From the NCBI GenBank assembly GCA_049320885.1, contig JBMORA010000009.1, forward strand, positions 352,001 to 416,000: a stretch of 64,000 nt of DNA, given 5' to 3'. Position 1 is the first letter of the stretch. Each line of letters starts with the position of its first letter. This document shows, in pieces, positions 9,841 through 19,281 of this stretch. Both the position numbers and the translations under genes were made by a program. The notes below the pieces were generated by a model. It was not told the DNA's origin, searched no databases, and was given only the letters and a program-made list of their open reading frames with translations. The DNA is from Thermodesulfobacteriota bacterium. GTDB lineage: Bacteria; Desulfobacterota; Desulfobacteria; Desulfobacterales; SURF-7.

Positions 9841-11345
9841 CCGACTGTAAGATGGAACACCACGTTTGTTTTTCTGAATGCCGTGATCAAGGTGGCGGGG
9901 AAAACGCCGGCAGTCATCCGCATTCCGGCCACCACCATGGATCGGTGTCCGAGGATACCAGCGGTTCCCGGCTGCTGGCCACATTGGCGCTGAATCTGCT
10001 CATCCCCGTGGCCCAGGTCATCGGCGGCCTGCTGGCCAACTCCGTGGCGCTGATATCCGACGCCGTTCACAACTTCAGCGATTTTACCGCCATCCTGATT
10101 TCCTACATGGCCTACCGCATCGGCCGCAAGGGCGCAACGGTTTTCAATACCTTCGGATACCGGCGCGCGGAGATTCTGGCGGCCCTGATCAACGTGCTGC
10201 TGCTGGCCGGCGCCGCCGCCGTGATCCTCTATCATGCCGTGACTCGCTTTCTTCACCCCCAGGCCGTCAATGGCGCCGCCGTGATGATCCTGGCGGGAGT
10301 GGGCGTGATCGGCAACGGTCTGTCGGCCTGGCTGCTGCACCGGGATGCGGCCCACAGCCTGAACATGCGGGGCGCCTTTCTGCATATGCTGGGCGATTTG
10401 TTGACGTCCGTGGTGGTGCTGATCAACGGCGCGGTGCTCCTCTTTTATCCCTGGTATTGGCTGGACCCGCTGCTGTCGGTGCTGATCGTGGCCCTGATTC
10501 TGAAAAACGGCTGGGAGCTGTTCCGGGAATCCACGGCGGTGCTGATGAACGCCACCCCCGGTCACATCTCCCTGGAAGAGGTCCGGCGCTTTCTGGCGGA
10601 TCTGCCGGGGGTCCTGGGGGTTCATTATCTGCACGTCTGGCAGGTGTCCGCGCACAGCACGGCTTTCTCCTGCCATGTGGTGGTGCCCGACCAGACGGTC
10701 AGCAGCACCGAACGCTTATCCGAACGAATCCGGCGGGAACTGCTGAACCGGTTTCATATCGATCACCCGGTGCTGCAATTCGAAACCGTGGATTGCGGCC
10801 AGGGCACACTGCTCTGTGAAATGACCTGCAAGGGGGACAGTTGCCTGCCGAACGGTGCCAAGGGAGGTGCTGGAGTCGTCAAACCGCCGGGGTGGACAAA
10901 CCGGCAGGCGATGATTTTCACGCTCCTGCGTCTGGGATTGGGCGCTGTTTTCCTGTACGCCAGCTTTGACAAAATCCTGAATCCCCAAGCATTCGCCAAG
11001 GCGGTCTATAATTATCAAATTCTTCCGGATGTCTTGGTGAACCTGGCGGCCATTGCGTTGCCCTGGCTGGAGTTCCTCCTGGGATTGTGTCTTATTACCG
11101 GTTTCTGGCTGCCGGGGGCCACGGTGACGACCACCGGCCTGTTGACCGTCTTCATCGGCGCTCTGGCGTTCAATCAGATCCGGGGCCTGGACGTCTATTG
11201 TGGCTGTTTTTCAACGGAAGCCAAGGCCGGCGCCGCCGGTTTATGGCCCGTGCTTCGGGATGTGGGTTTTCTGGTCGTATCGGCGTATATGACGCTGGTT
11301 GTTTTTTCTTCCAGGCGGCGGATGGGGGAGAAAATCAAACCTTAA
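9837..11345 (+). CDS. CDF (CzcD-like) metal transporter fused to a MauE/DoxX domain
   Basis: His-rich N-terminus, SDAVHNFSD, TFGYRRAE, AFLHMLGD, HYLHVW; then RLGLGAVF...LPWLE...YCGCF DoxX/MauE domain in the same frame. Confidence 0.85.
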   Translation: MTDCKMEHHVCFSECRDQGGGENAGSHPHSGHHHGSVSEDTSGSRLLATLALNLLIPVAQVIGGLLANSVALISDAVHNFSDFTAILISYMAYRIGRKGATVFNTFGYRRAEILAALINVLLLAGAAAVILYHAVTRFLHPQAVNGAAVMILAGVGVIGNGLSAWLLHRDAAHSLNMRGAFLHMLGDLLTSVVVLINGAVLLFYPWYWLDPLLSVLIVALILKNGWELFRESTAVLMNATPGHISLEEVRRFLADLPGVLGVHYLHVWQVSAHSTAFSCHVVVPDQTVSSTERLSERIRRELLNRFHIDHPVLQFETVDCGQGTLLCEMTCKGDSCLPNGAKGGAGVVKPPGWTNRQAMIFTLLRLGLGAVFLYASFDKILNPQAFAKAVYNYQILPDVLVNLAAIALPWLEFLLGLCLITGFWLPGATVTTTGLLTVFIGALAFNQIRGLDVYCGCFSTEAKAGAAGLWPVLRDVGFLVVSAYMTLVVFSSRRRMGEKIKP

Positions 11346-11380
11346 ACGCGCCGGCCGCCGCTAGATCAGATCAGGTCAAG

Positions 11381-12520
11381 TCAAATCCGGATCCATTCTT
11401 TTCTCAGGGCATTGTCCAATATGACCCCCGCCAGGAAAGCCGCCCCCATGTTCCACATGGCAACAGCCGCCACGATCAGCATCACATAAATATCGGATTT
11501 GTTGTTTCCGATGTCTTTCACCGTCATCGCCAGTTCCGAACCGGCGAAAAACAGGATCACTCCCAGAACGGCATTGGGGAAAACGGAAAAAAGAAAGGCG
11601 ATGGAGTCGCTGAGAAACAGGGCTGCGAGAATCAGCAGGCATCCCAGAATCACCAGGGACCCGCCTGTTTTAGCGCCAAAGCGGACATGGCCGGCCATGC
11701 CGCCGGCGCCATGGCACATGGGGACGCCGCCGAAAATGGGGGATATCAGATTTATAATTCCCTGGGAAACGGCGATCTTTTTTTCCGTGACCTTCCGGTC
11801 GGGAAACAGTTCGTTGTTTTCGGCGGTGATGGCGATCACCGCGTTGCCCAAGGTTAGCGGGATCTGCGGAATCGTAAATAGCAGGGTGCCGGTGACCAGA
11901 TCGTTCCAGGTGATCAGGGGAAAGCTGAAGACCGGCAGCTTGAAGCCGAAATGAATCCTGGCCAGTTCCGGCAGTATTTGCGGATTCAGGATGGGGGCGG
12001 ATACCAGTCCGATGACGATCAACATGAACATGGCCGGAAACCTGGGGTTGGTCAGCAGCAGGTAGGTGACGACAAGGGCGATCCCCGCCAGGACCGGCGC
12101 GGTTCTCATCCGCTTGACACCGTCCACCATGAAGGAGAGCCCCAGCCCGAGCATGATGCCGCGCACCACCGGTTTGGTTGCCAGTCTGGCGACGGGCTTT
12201 AAGGCGCCGGTGAGGCCGACGAACAGCCAGAAGAGGCCGGTGGTAAGGCCCGAACCATATAGAGCCGCTGGGCTTATGCCGCCGGCGATGGCCGCAGCGC
12301 CGATGGCTTTCATGGGCTGGACGGGAACCGGCGTCCGGTAGTAGAGCCCCGACGCCATCAGGGTGATGCCGAACATGAACAGAAGGCCCAGGGGCGGTAC
12401 TTTCACGATGGTGATGTAGGCAACCACAAAGGGAATCAGGGTGCCGAGATCCCCGAAGGCTCCCGCCCATTCCATCTTGTCGTACCGGTTTCCGGTTGTT
12501 TTACGGGTTTCATTTTCCAT
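11381..12520 (-). CDS. MOT1-family molybdate/sulfate transporter
   Basis: GAFGDLGT, PVPVQPMKAI, PMCHGAGGMAGH.RFGA motifs. Confidence 0.9.
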   Translation of the reverse strand: MENETRKTTGNRYDKMEWAGAFGDLGTLIPFVVAYITIVKVPPLGLLFMFGITLMASGLYYRTPVPVQPMKAIGAAAIAGGISPAALYGSGLTTGLFWLFVGLTGALKPVARLATKPVVRGIMLGLGLSFMVDGVKRMRTAPVLAGIALVVTYLLLTNPRFPAMFMLIVIGLVSAPILNPQILPELARIHFGFKLPVFSFPLITWNDLVTGTLLFTIPQIPLTLGNAVIAITAENNELFPDRKVTEKKIAVSQGIINLISPIFGGVPMCHGAGGMAGHVRFGAKTGGSLVILGCLLILAALFLSDSIAFLFSVFPNAVLGVILFFAGSELAMTVKDIGNNKSDIYVMLIVAAVAMWNMGAAFLAGVILDNALRKEWIRI

Positions 12521-12585
12521 TCGGATCTTCCTTGCTATATTGTCCGGATTCGGTCCGCTCCGCCCCCATGAAGAGCGATGCGAAT

Positions 12586-12623
12586 TTTATTATCACGAAA
12601 ATTAAATATTTCGTGATAATAAA
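12586..12623. promoter_or_regulatory. TunR-type operator
   Basis: Perfect 15-bp inverted repeat TTTATTATCACGAAA-N8-TTTCGTGATAATAAA between the divergent transporter and regulator. Confidence 0.75.
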
Positions 12624-12744
12624 TACCAGGCCAGTGATGCCCAAGTCAAGTTGTTTTAACCATGGCGTTTTACAGAGACGATATGCTACAAGGAATATGC
12701 GGGAAGCCGATGCCGAAAACGTAAACAACCGGTGACGCATTCAC

Positions 12745-13851
12745 ATGAAATCACCTAAAAAAATCAAGAGGGGCCGGCGCGCCTCACCCATAGCGCTGTC
12801 AAAAAGCGTGAATCACGGACGCATCGTCGCTGCGCCGGATGAAGGTCTGTGTCTGGATACGGTCCGGTTGAACCGGTTGGAGCAGGCCTTCCGGGAATGG
12901 GTGGAGCGTTCGAAACGGGCCGATATCACCTGTTCCCGGCAGCGCATCCTGGTCATTTTCCTCCTGATCCGGTACACCGGCGCCAAGCTCAGCGAGGTGC
13001 TGGCCCTGAATCCCCGGGAAGACATTCGGCCGGAGAAGTCGGCGGTTTTTTTCCGTGGCAACGCCGCCGGGCCGGAAATGGCTCCCCGGGAGGTTCAGGT
13101 CGCGGACCAGGTATTGAGGGAAGTCCGGGACAGGCTGCGGGATATTCGCGAAGAAAGCCGGGACAGCCTCCAGTTGGATCCCGGTTTTGTGCGCCGCAAA
13201 TTTTACGAACGCGCCGAGGCCTGTGGTTTTTCCAGGCAGTCGTCGGGTCCGGAGATGATCCGCAAGGCCCGGGCCGTGGAGTTGATGCAGGGCAACATGC
13301 CGCTCCCGGCGGTTCAAATGATGCTGGGTCACTCGACGCCGAATCTGACATCCGCCTATGTATCCTTTTCAGAGGATGAAATCCGGCAGGTAGCCAGGCG
13401 TTTCATGGAAAAGGAGTCGCTGCGTAAAACCAGCGCCCGGAACTCTTTTTTCGGCAAGATTCAGGAAATCCGCCAGGGCGACATCCAATCACGGGTGGTG
13501 CTGCGGACCATCGAGGGGCATTTCATCGCCACGGTCATTACCAACGATAGCGTGGAGCGGTTGGGCTTACAGCCAGGCGGCCTCGTCACCGCGGAGGTCA
13601 AGGCCCCCTGGGTGATCCTGCAAGCAGCAGGCGACGAGGCGCCCGCCTGCAGCGCCGAAAACAGATTCAAAGGGGTGCTGATACGCATAAGCAGGGGCGG
13701 GATCAATACGGAATGCGTTGTACGGATTTCGAATACAATCGAATTGTGCGCCGTCGTCTCAACCGAAGGAATGAAAAACATTCCGTTGAACGAGGGGGAT
13801 GACGTCTGGGCCCTGTTTAACGGTTTTTCCGTGGTGCTGCATGTGGATTGA
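12745..13851 (+). CDS. tunR: TunR-family regulator (tyrosine-recombinase-like domain plus two TOBE domains)
   Basis: YTGAKLSE and LGHS...TSAY integrase-derived motifs followed by TSARN...TOBE and SAENRF...TOBE. Confidence 0.8.
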   Translation: MKSPKKIKRGRRASPIALSKSVNHGRIVAAPDEGLCLDTVRLNRLEQAFREWVERSKRADITCSRQRILVIFLLIRYTGAKLSEVLALNPREDIRPEKSAVFFRGNAAGPEMAPREVQVADQVLREVRDRLRDIREESRDSLQLDPGFVRRKFYERAEACGFSRQSSGPEMIRKARAVELMQGNMPLPAVQMMLGHSTPNLTSAYVSFSEDEIRQVARRFMEKESLRKTSARNSFFGKIQEIRQGDIQSRVVLRTIEGHFIATVITNDSVERLGLQPGGLVTAEVKAPWVILQAAGDEAPACSAENRFKGVLIRISRGGINTECVVRISNTIELCAVVSTEGMKNIPLNEGDDVWALFNGFSVVLHVD

Positions 13852-13931
13852 CCCCAAAAAGCGACAAGAAAAAACCAATGGTTGCCATTTTCGGCCTGAT
13901 CGACGATGCCCGCGAAAGGACGGGCAACGCC

Positions 13932-14615
13932 ATGAACAGCGGTGACATATTCAATAGAGAGGGAGTTTTCTCCGGCATCCCGGCGGAAGAGCGGGCCGCC
14001 ATACTGAAGCGCGGCCGACGGCATGAATGTTCACCCGGCGCCATTGTTTTTCGCGAGGGGGAGCCCGCCCTGCGGTGTTATTTCGTTCAAAGCGACCGGC
14101 TCAAGTTGAGCAAGCTGCACGAAGGGGGCCGGGAGACCATCGTCCGGTACATCAATCCGGGCGAAATCGCCGCGGCGGTGGCGGTTTTCCGCGGGAAAAC
14201 CTATCCGGCCACAGCGGAGTCCGTTGGTTCCGCCGATATGGTTTCATGGGACCGGAGCACCATGCTCGACCTGCTGGCGGTCCATCCGCATTTGGCAAGC
14301 AATTTGCTGCGGGTGGTGGTCGACCGGCTGGACGACATCCAAAACCGCTACCTGGAATTGCAGGCCGAACAGGTGGATCGGCGCGTAGCCCGGGCATTGC
14401 TGCGCATCATGGTCCAGGCAGGGCGCAAAACAGATGAAGGCATTGTAATCGATTTCAGGCTTAGCCGCCAGGAACTGGCCGACTATACCGGCACCACATT
14501 GTTTACGGTCAGCCGCCTTCTCAGCGCCTGGGAAAAGAAGGGCTGGATTCTGTCCGGGCGGGAAAGAATCACCATTTCCGATCCCCACGCACTGGTACTT
14601 TTTTCGGAACGCTGA
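13932..14615 (+). CDS. Crp/Fnr-family regulator, NnrR-like
   Basis: cNMP-type domain plus HTH LADYTGTTLFTVSRLLSAWE; RBS GAAAGGA. Confidence 0.85.
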   Translation: MNSGDIFNREGVFSGIPAEERAAILKRGRRHECSPGAIVFREGEPALRCYFVQSDRLKLSKLHEGGRETIVRYINPGEIAAAVAVFRGKTYPATAESVGSADMVSWDRSTMLDLLAVHPHLASNLLRVVVDRLDDIQNRYLELQAEQVDRRVARALLRIMVQAGRKTDEGIVIDFRLSRQELADYTGTTLFTVSRLLSAWEKKGWILSGRERITISDPHALVLFSER

Positions 14616-14653
14616 CCGCCGATATCATTCTTTTCCAAACCATGGTGATTCCT

Positions 14654-14697
14654 GTTTGCGATGGCGCAAAGACATGGTCAAACAGGATACGTATAGT
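14654..14697 (+). promoter_or_regulatory. NnrR-type box and class II promoter
   Basis: GTTTGCG-ATGG-CGCAAAG centred at 14662.5; -10 TATAGT at 14692-14697. Confidence 0.75.
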
Positions 14698-14703
14698 CCG
14701 CGC

Positions 14704-14916
14704 ATGATTCTGCTGGACGGGAAAATGACAATCCAGGAGTTGCTTGTCGCCCATCCCGCGGCGATGGACGTTCTTGTCAGGCACCATATGGTTTGTATCG
14801 GGTGCCCGGCCCAGGCGTTTCATACCCTGGAGGAGGTTGCCCGGGCATATGGATATGAGCCGTCGGCCCTGTTTGACATCATTGCCAGGGCCATTGAAGC
14901 CGCGGAACCCGCATAA
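14704..14916 (+). CDS. DUF1858 hybrid-cluster-associated redox protein
   Basis: MTIQELL..HP...V...H.M.CIGCP....TLEE.A..YG; lies upstream of hcp. Confidence 0.82.
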   Translation: MILLDGKMTIQELLVAHPAAMDVLVRHHMVCIGCPAQAFHTLEEVARAYGYEPSALFDIIARAIEAAEPA

Positions 14917-14927
14917 AACTATGCTTG

Positions 14928-14960
14928 AAACGGGGCGTCTGTCAGCGCCCCCTGTTTTTT
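14928..14960 (+). terminator. possible intrinsic terminator or attenuator between DUF1858 and hcp
   Basis: GGGGCG/CGCCCC stem followed by a T-run. Confidence 0.4.
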
Positions 14961-14995
14961 GTAAACCGTTAACTTCACAAAGAGGAGGGGCTGCC

Positions 14996-16642
14996 ATGTT
15001 TTGTTTTCAGTGTCAGGAAACGGCTAAAAATCAGGGCTGTACGGTCAAAGGCGTATGCGGCAAACCCGAGGAAACCGCTAATCTACAGGATTTGCTCATT
15101 TATATATGCAGGGGCATCGCGGTTTATGGCGAGAAGGCAGCGAATGCGGGAGCACCTGACAGAGCCGCGGCTCAATTTATCCGTGAGGCCCTGTTTACCA
15201 CCATCACCAATGCGGCCTGGGATGACGATGTGATCGTCGACCGGATCAGGAAGGGCCTCACGATCCGGGAGGCGGTCAAGCAAAATGCGGGGGCCGCCGT
15301 TTCCGGCGCGCTGCCGGATTGCGCTGTCTGGAGTGCGCAGGATCAGCAGGCGATTCTGGCCAAGGCTTTGTCCGACGAGGTCCGCATCACCGCCGATGGA
15401 AACGAGGACGTGCGATCCCTCAAATGGCTGCTGATCATCGGCTGTAAAGGCATTGCCGCATATGCCGATCATGCCGCCATTCTCGGCTACAAAAAGGACA
15501 GCATTGACGCGTTTCTCATGGAGGCCTTGGCTTCCACCACCAAAACGCTTTCGGTGGACGAGATGATCGCCCTGGTCATGAAGGCCGGCGAGACGGCCGT
15601 TGCCGCCATGGCCCTGCTGGACGAGGCCAACACGGCGACCTATGGCCATCCGGAAATCACGGAAGTCAATATCGGCGTCGGCAATAGACCCGGCATCCTG
15701 ATTTCCGGCCACGATCTGAAAGACATGGAGGAGCTGCTCAAACAGACCGAGGGCGCCGGCGTTGACGTTTACACCCACGGAGAGATGCTGCCGGCCAACT
15801 ACTACCCGACTTTCAAAAAATACAGCCATTTCGTCGGCAACTACGGAAGTTCCTGGTGGCACCAGAACAAGGATTTCGAGTCCTTCAACGGTCCCGTCAT
15901 TCTGACGACCAACTGCCTGATTCCCATCAAAAGCGACAATACCTACAAAGACCGGCTTTTTACCACCGGCGTGGTCAGCTATCCCGGCGCCGCGCACATC
16001 GCGGATCGGGCACAGGGCGGGGTCAAGGATTTTTCACCGGTTATTGACCGGGCCAAACAATGCGTTCCGCCCACCGAGATCGAAACCGGCAAGATCGTCG
16101 GCGGGTTTGCCCATAACCAGGTGCTGGCGCTGGCCGATAAAGTGGTCGCTGCCGTCAAGTCCGGCGCGATCAAGCGGTTTGTGGTCATGGCCGGGTGCGA
16201 TGGCCGCCAGAAATCCCGGAGCTACTTCACCGAGGTGGCCGAAAACCTGCCCAAGGATACGGTGATCCTGACCGCCGGGTGCGCCAAATACCGGTACAAC
16301 AAGCTGGCCCTGGGGGATATCGGCGGTATCCCGCGGGTTCTGGACGCCGGGCAGTGCAACGACTCCTATTCGCTGGCGGTGATCGCCCTGAAGCTCAAGG
16401 AGGTTTTCGGACTGAGCGACATCAATGAGCTGCCCGTATCCTACGATATCGCCTGGTATGAGCAGAAGGCCGTGGCCGTGCTGCTGGCGCTGCTGTTTCT
16501 CGGGGTCAAGGGCATTCGCCTCGGTCCCACCCTGCCGGGCTTTTTGTCACCCACCGTGGCCGGCGTGCTGGTGGAAAAATTCGGCATCAAGCCCATCGGC
16601 AGCGTGGCCGACGATATCGCGGCCATGATGGCGGGCAAATAA
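14996..16642 (+). CDS. hcp: hybrid cluster protein (NO/hydroxylamine reductase)
   Basis: [42 protein letters not shown]. Confidence 0.97.
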   Translation: MFCFQCQETAKNQGCTVKGVCGKPEETANLQDLLIYICRGIAVYGEKAANAGAPDRAAAQFIREALFTTITNAAWDDDVIVDRIRKGLTIREAVKQNAGAAVSGALPDCAVWSAQDQQAILAKALSDEVRITADGNEDVRSLKWLLIIGCKGIAAYADHAAILGYKKDSIDAFLMEALASTTKTLSVDEMIALVMKAGETAVAAMALLDEANTATYGHPEITEVNIGVGNRPGILISGHDLKDMEELLKQTEGAGVDVYTHGEMLPANYYPTFKKYSHFVGNYGSSWWHQNKDFESFNGPVILTTNCLIPIKSDNTYKDRLFTTGVVSYPGAAHIADRAQGGVKDFSPVIDRAKQCVPPTEIETGKIVGGFAHNQVLALADKVVAAVKSGAIKRFVVMAGCDGRQKSRSYFTEVAENLPKDTVILTAGCAKYRYNKLALGDIGGIPRVLDAGQCNDSYSLAVIALKLKEVFGLSDINELPVSYDIAWYEQKAVAVLLALLFLGVKGIRLGPTLPGFLSPTVAGVLVEKFGIKPIGSVADDIAAMMAGK

Positions 16643-16739
16643 CCTTCCGGCAGGCAGGGACGCGCGGTCTCTGCCTGCCTCCGGAAGCCGATCGGCGGCG
16701 CGCGCGTTCAACCAACACCATAGTAACGGAGGGGCTCCC

Positions 16740-18977
16740 ATGACATCACCCAGAGTAAAAGCGGTATTTTTATTTTGTCTTGCCCTGACATTCGGTATTC
16801 TGATCTTCGGCGGCTATCTGATCCACAGGGAAAAGCCGCCGATTCCGGAAAAAATCGTCGGTCCCGCTGGCGATACGTTGATATCCATCGAGGATATTCG
16901 CGACGGGCAGAATTATTATTTCAGCCGCGGCGGCCAGCATATCGGAACGATCTGGGGGCATGGCTCCTACCTGGCTCCGGACTGGTCGGCCGATTTTCTT
17001 CACCGCATGGGTCTTTACCTGGCTGCCCGCCATCACGGCCTTTTGCCGGATCAGGCGAAAGCCTTTTCCCAGGCCGCGTATGACCGGTTGGCGCCCGCGG
17101 AACGGGCCCGGCTCCAGTCCCTGGTGGAAGAGGAAATGAAAACCAACCGCTACGATCCTGCGAGCGACGTGCTGCATTTCACCGAATATCAGGCCGAAGC
17201 GCTCGGCGTGTTGACGGGATATTATACCGATCTTTTCACGAACGGTAATGAACGGATGGGGCTGCAACCCGGCATCGTTCAGACACCCGCCCAGGGGCGC
17301 CTTGTAACCGGTTTTTTTGCCTGGTTGGCCTGGGCCGCCGGAACGCTTCGTCTTGACGCGGACCACACCTATACCACCAACTGGCCGTATGACCCGCTGG
17401 TCGGCAACGAACCGTTGCCGGAGTTTTTGATCTGGTCGATTGTGAGCGTCGTCCTGCTGATCTTCGGCATTGCCGCGGCGCTTTTCATCTACCAGCGATA
17501 TGTCGGCCGGGATGAATACGACGCAAAGCTGCACCTCGACTTTGCCGAACCGGCCCCGACCCCGAGCCAGAAAGCCACGCTGGTCTTTTTTCTGACCGCC
17601 ATCGCCTTGTTTGTCATCCAGATCGGCATGGGGGCCCTGACCGCCCATTATACGGTGGAAGGCAGCGCCTTTTTCGGTCTTCCGCTGGCCAAAATCCTGC
17701 CCTACGCGGCGGTGCGCACCTGGCATCTTCAACTGGCCATTTTCTTTATCGCCACCTGTTTCCTTGCCGCGGGTCTGTTTATCGGCCCGTTCGTCGGCAG
17801 GGAGCCCAAAGGTCAGGCGGGTTTGGCGCTTGCTCTTTTCGCGGCCCTGGTAGTGGTCGTGCTCGGGACCTTGTCGGGAACATGGGTCTCCATCGCCGGC
17901 CTGCTCGGCGGGGACGGCTTTCTTCTCGGGCATCAGGGCTATGAATACATCGAGCTCGGAAGGCTCTGGCAGCTGTTGCTCATCGTCGGGATGATTCTCT
18001 GGCTGGTGCTGGTCTGGCGCGCGATCCGGCCGGCGTTGCGAGATGAAAACGACAGCGGCGGATTGACCCACATGCTTCTTTACAGCTCGATCAGCATCCC
18101 GCTCTTTTACATGGCCGGGCTTATGTATGGAAAAGGCAGCCATCTTTCCGATGCGGAATATTGGCGCTGGTGGGTCGTCCATCTCTGGGTGGAAGGATTT
18201 TTCGAGGTTTTCGCCACGGTGGTCATGGCCTTTCTGCTGTCACATATCGGCGCGGTCAGCAGACAATTCGCCTTGACAAGCGTCTATTTCACCATATTCC
18301 TGTACCTCGGAAGCGGTGTCGTCGGAACCTTCCACCACCTCTACTGGTCCGGAAGTCCGACGGCCGTTATCGCCCTGGGCGCGGTTTTTTCAGCCCTGGA
18401 GGTGGTTCCCCTGTCCCTGCTCGGTTTCGAGGCCGCCCACAACCTGCGGGTCATCGAGGCCGGTGGAAATTCCTATGCCTATCGCTGGCCGATTTATTTT
18501 TTCGTCTCGGTTGCCTTCTGGAATCTTGTCGGCGCCGGTGTTTTTGGTTTCCTGATCAACCCGCCGATCGTGCTCTACTACGCCCAGGGCATCAACACCA
18601 CCCCGATCCACTCCCATACCGCACTTTTCGGGGTCTACGGCATGCTGGCCATCTCCCTACTGCTCTTCTCCGTGCGGCATATCGTATCCCGGGCGGCATG
18701 GTCCGATCAGATGCTCAAATGGAGTTTCTGGGGATTGAACGGCGGGCTCGCGGCAATGGCGGTTTTCAGTCTGATCCCATCGGGCTTTTATCAATTTTAT
18801 TTCGCCGTCAAGCATGGCCTGTGGTTCGCCCGCAGCCCGGAAATCGCATCCGGCGACGTGATCCGCATGCTGAGCTGGGCGCGGATGGTCCCGGACATCA
18901 TCTTTTCGTTCGGTGCTATCGCCTTGTTTTTGTTCCTGCTCCGGGGTGTCTGGCTGAGTTTTTTGAAGAAAGCGTAA
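16740..18977 (+). CDS. norB: quinol-dependent nitric oxide reductase (qNor)
   Basis: WGHGSY.APDW, RTWH, WWVVHLWVEGFFEVF, HHLY, H.H.AL.G heme-copper superfamily motifs; single long subunit. Confidence 0.95.
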   Translation: MTSPRVKAVFLFCLALTFGILIFGGYLIHREKPPIPEKIVGPAGDTLISIEDIRDGQNYYFSRGGQHIGTIWGHGSYLAPDWSADFLHRMGLYLAARHHGLLPDQAKAFSQAAYDRLAPAERARLQSLVEEEMKTNRYDPASDVLHFTEYQAEALGVLTGYYTDLFTNGNERMGLQPGIVQTPAQGRLVTGFFAWLAWAAGTLRLDADHTYTTNWPYDPLVGNEPLPEFLIWSIVSVVLLIFGIAAALFIYQRYVGRDEYDAKLHLDFAEPAPTPSQKATLVFFLTAIALFVIQIGMGALTAHYTVEGSAFFGLPLAKILPYAAVRTWHLQLAIFFIATCFLAAGLFIGPFVGREPKGQAGLALALFAALVVVVLGTLSGTWVSIAGLLGGDGFLLGHQGYEYIELGRLWQLLLIVGMILWLVLVWRAIRPALRDENDSGGLTHMLLYSSISIPLFYMAGLMYGKGSHLSDAEYWRWWVVHLWVEGFFEVFATVVMAFLLSHIGAVSRQFALTSVYFTIFLYLGSGVVGTFHHLYWSGSPTAVIALGAVFSALEVVPLSLLGFEAAHNLRVIEAGGNSYAYRWPIYFFVSVAFWNLVGAGVFGFLINPPIVLYYAQGINTTPIHSHTALFGVYGMLAISLLLFSVRHIVSRAAWSDQMLKWSFWGLNGGLAAMAVFSLIPSGFYQFYFAVKHGLWFARSPEIASGDVIRMLSWARMVPDIIFSFGAIALFLFLLRGVWLSFLKKA

Positions 18978-19281
18978 GCCCAGGCAGGCCCAGCTCCCGA
19001 AGTCCGAGAAGGCTGTCGGCGAATAGTACCAGAACGCCGGCCGAAGCCCGTTGGTGAGAGCGGCTGTGCCCCCAGGGTTGAATTGGTGGGGCCGGCCCCA
19101 TTTACCCCGCGCTATCGCTTTCCGGATATTCACTTTTTGGGATCGCCCTTTCCCCACAGGGGATCGGCGCTGAAACGCTCAAACCACCATTCTTCTTTTC
19201 AAGTTTTGAAAGCAGAAACGTCTTTTCTTTGGATTGTCCGAGCTGAAACAATGATTGCCGACTGACTGATGATGAAACAGC

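Noticed and set aside
12745..13851. Active integrase marking a mobile element
   Set aside because: Catalytic Arg and His positions are substituted and TOBE domains are fused, which fits a TunR-type regulator.
14959..14981. HcpR box upstream of hcp (TTGTAA...TCACAA)
   Set aside because: Half-sites are 10 nt apart, which does not fit Crp/Fnr-family spacing.
18978..19281. ncRNA or gene remnant between norB and the MFS gene
   Set aside because: Only short hairpins; no promoter-terminator unit or recognisable coding fragment.
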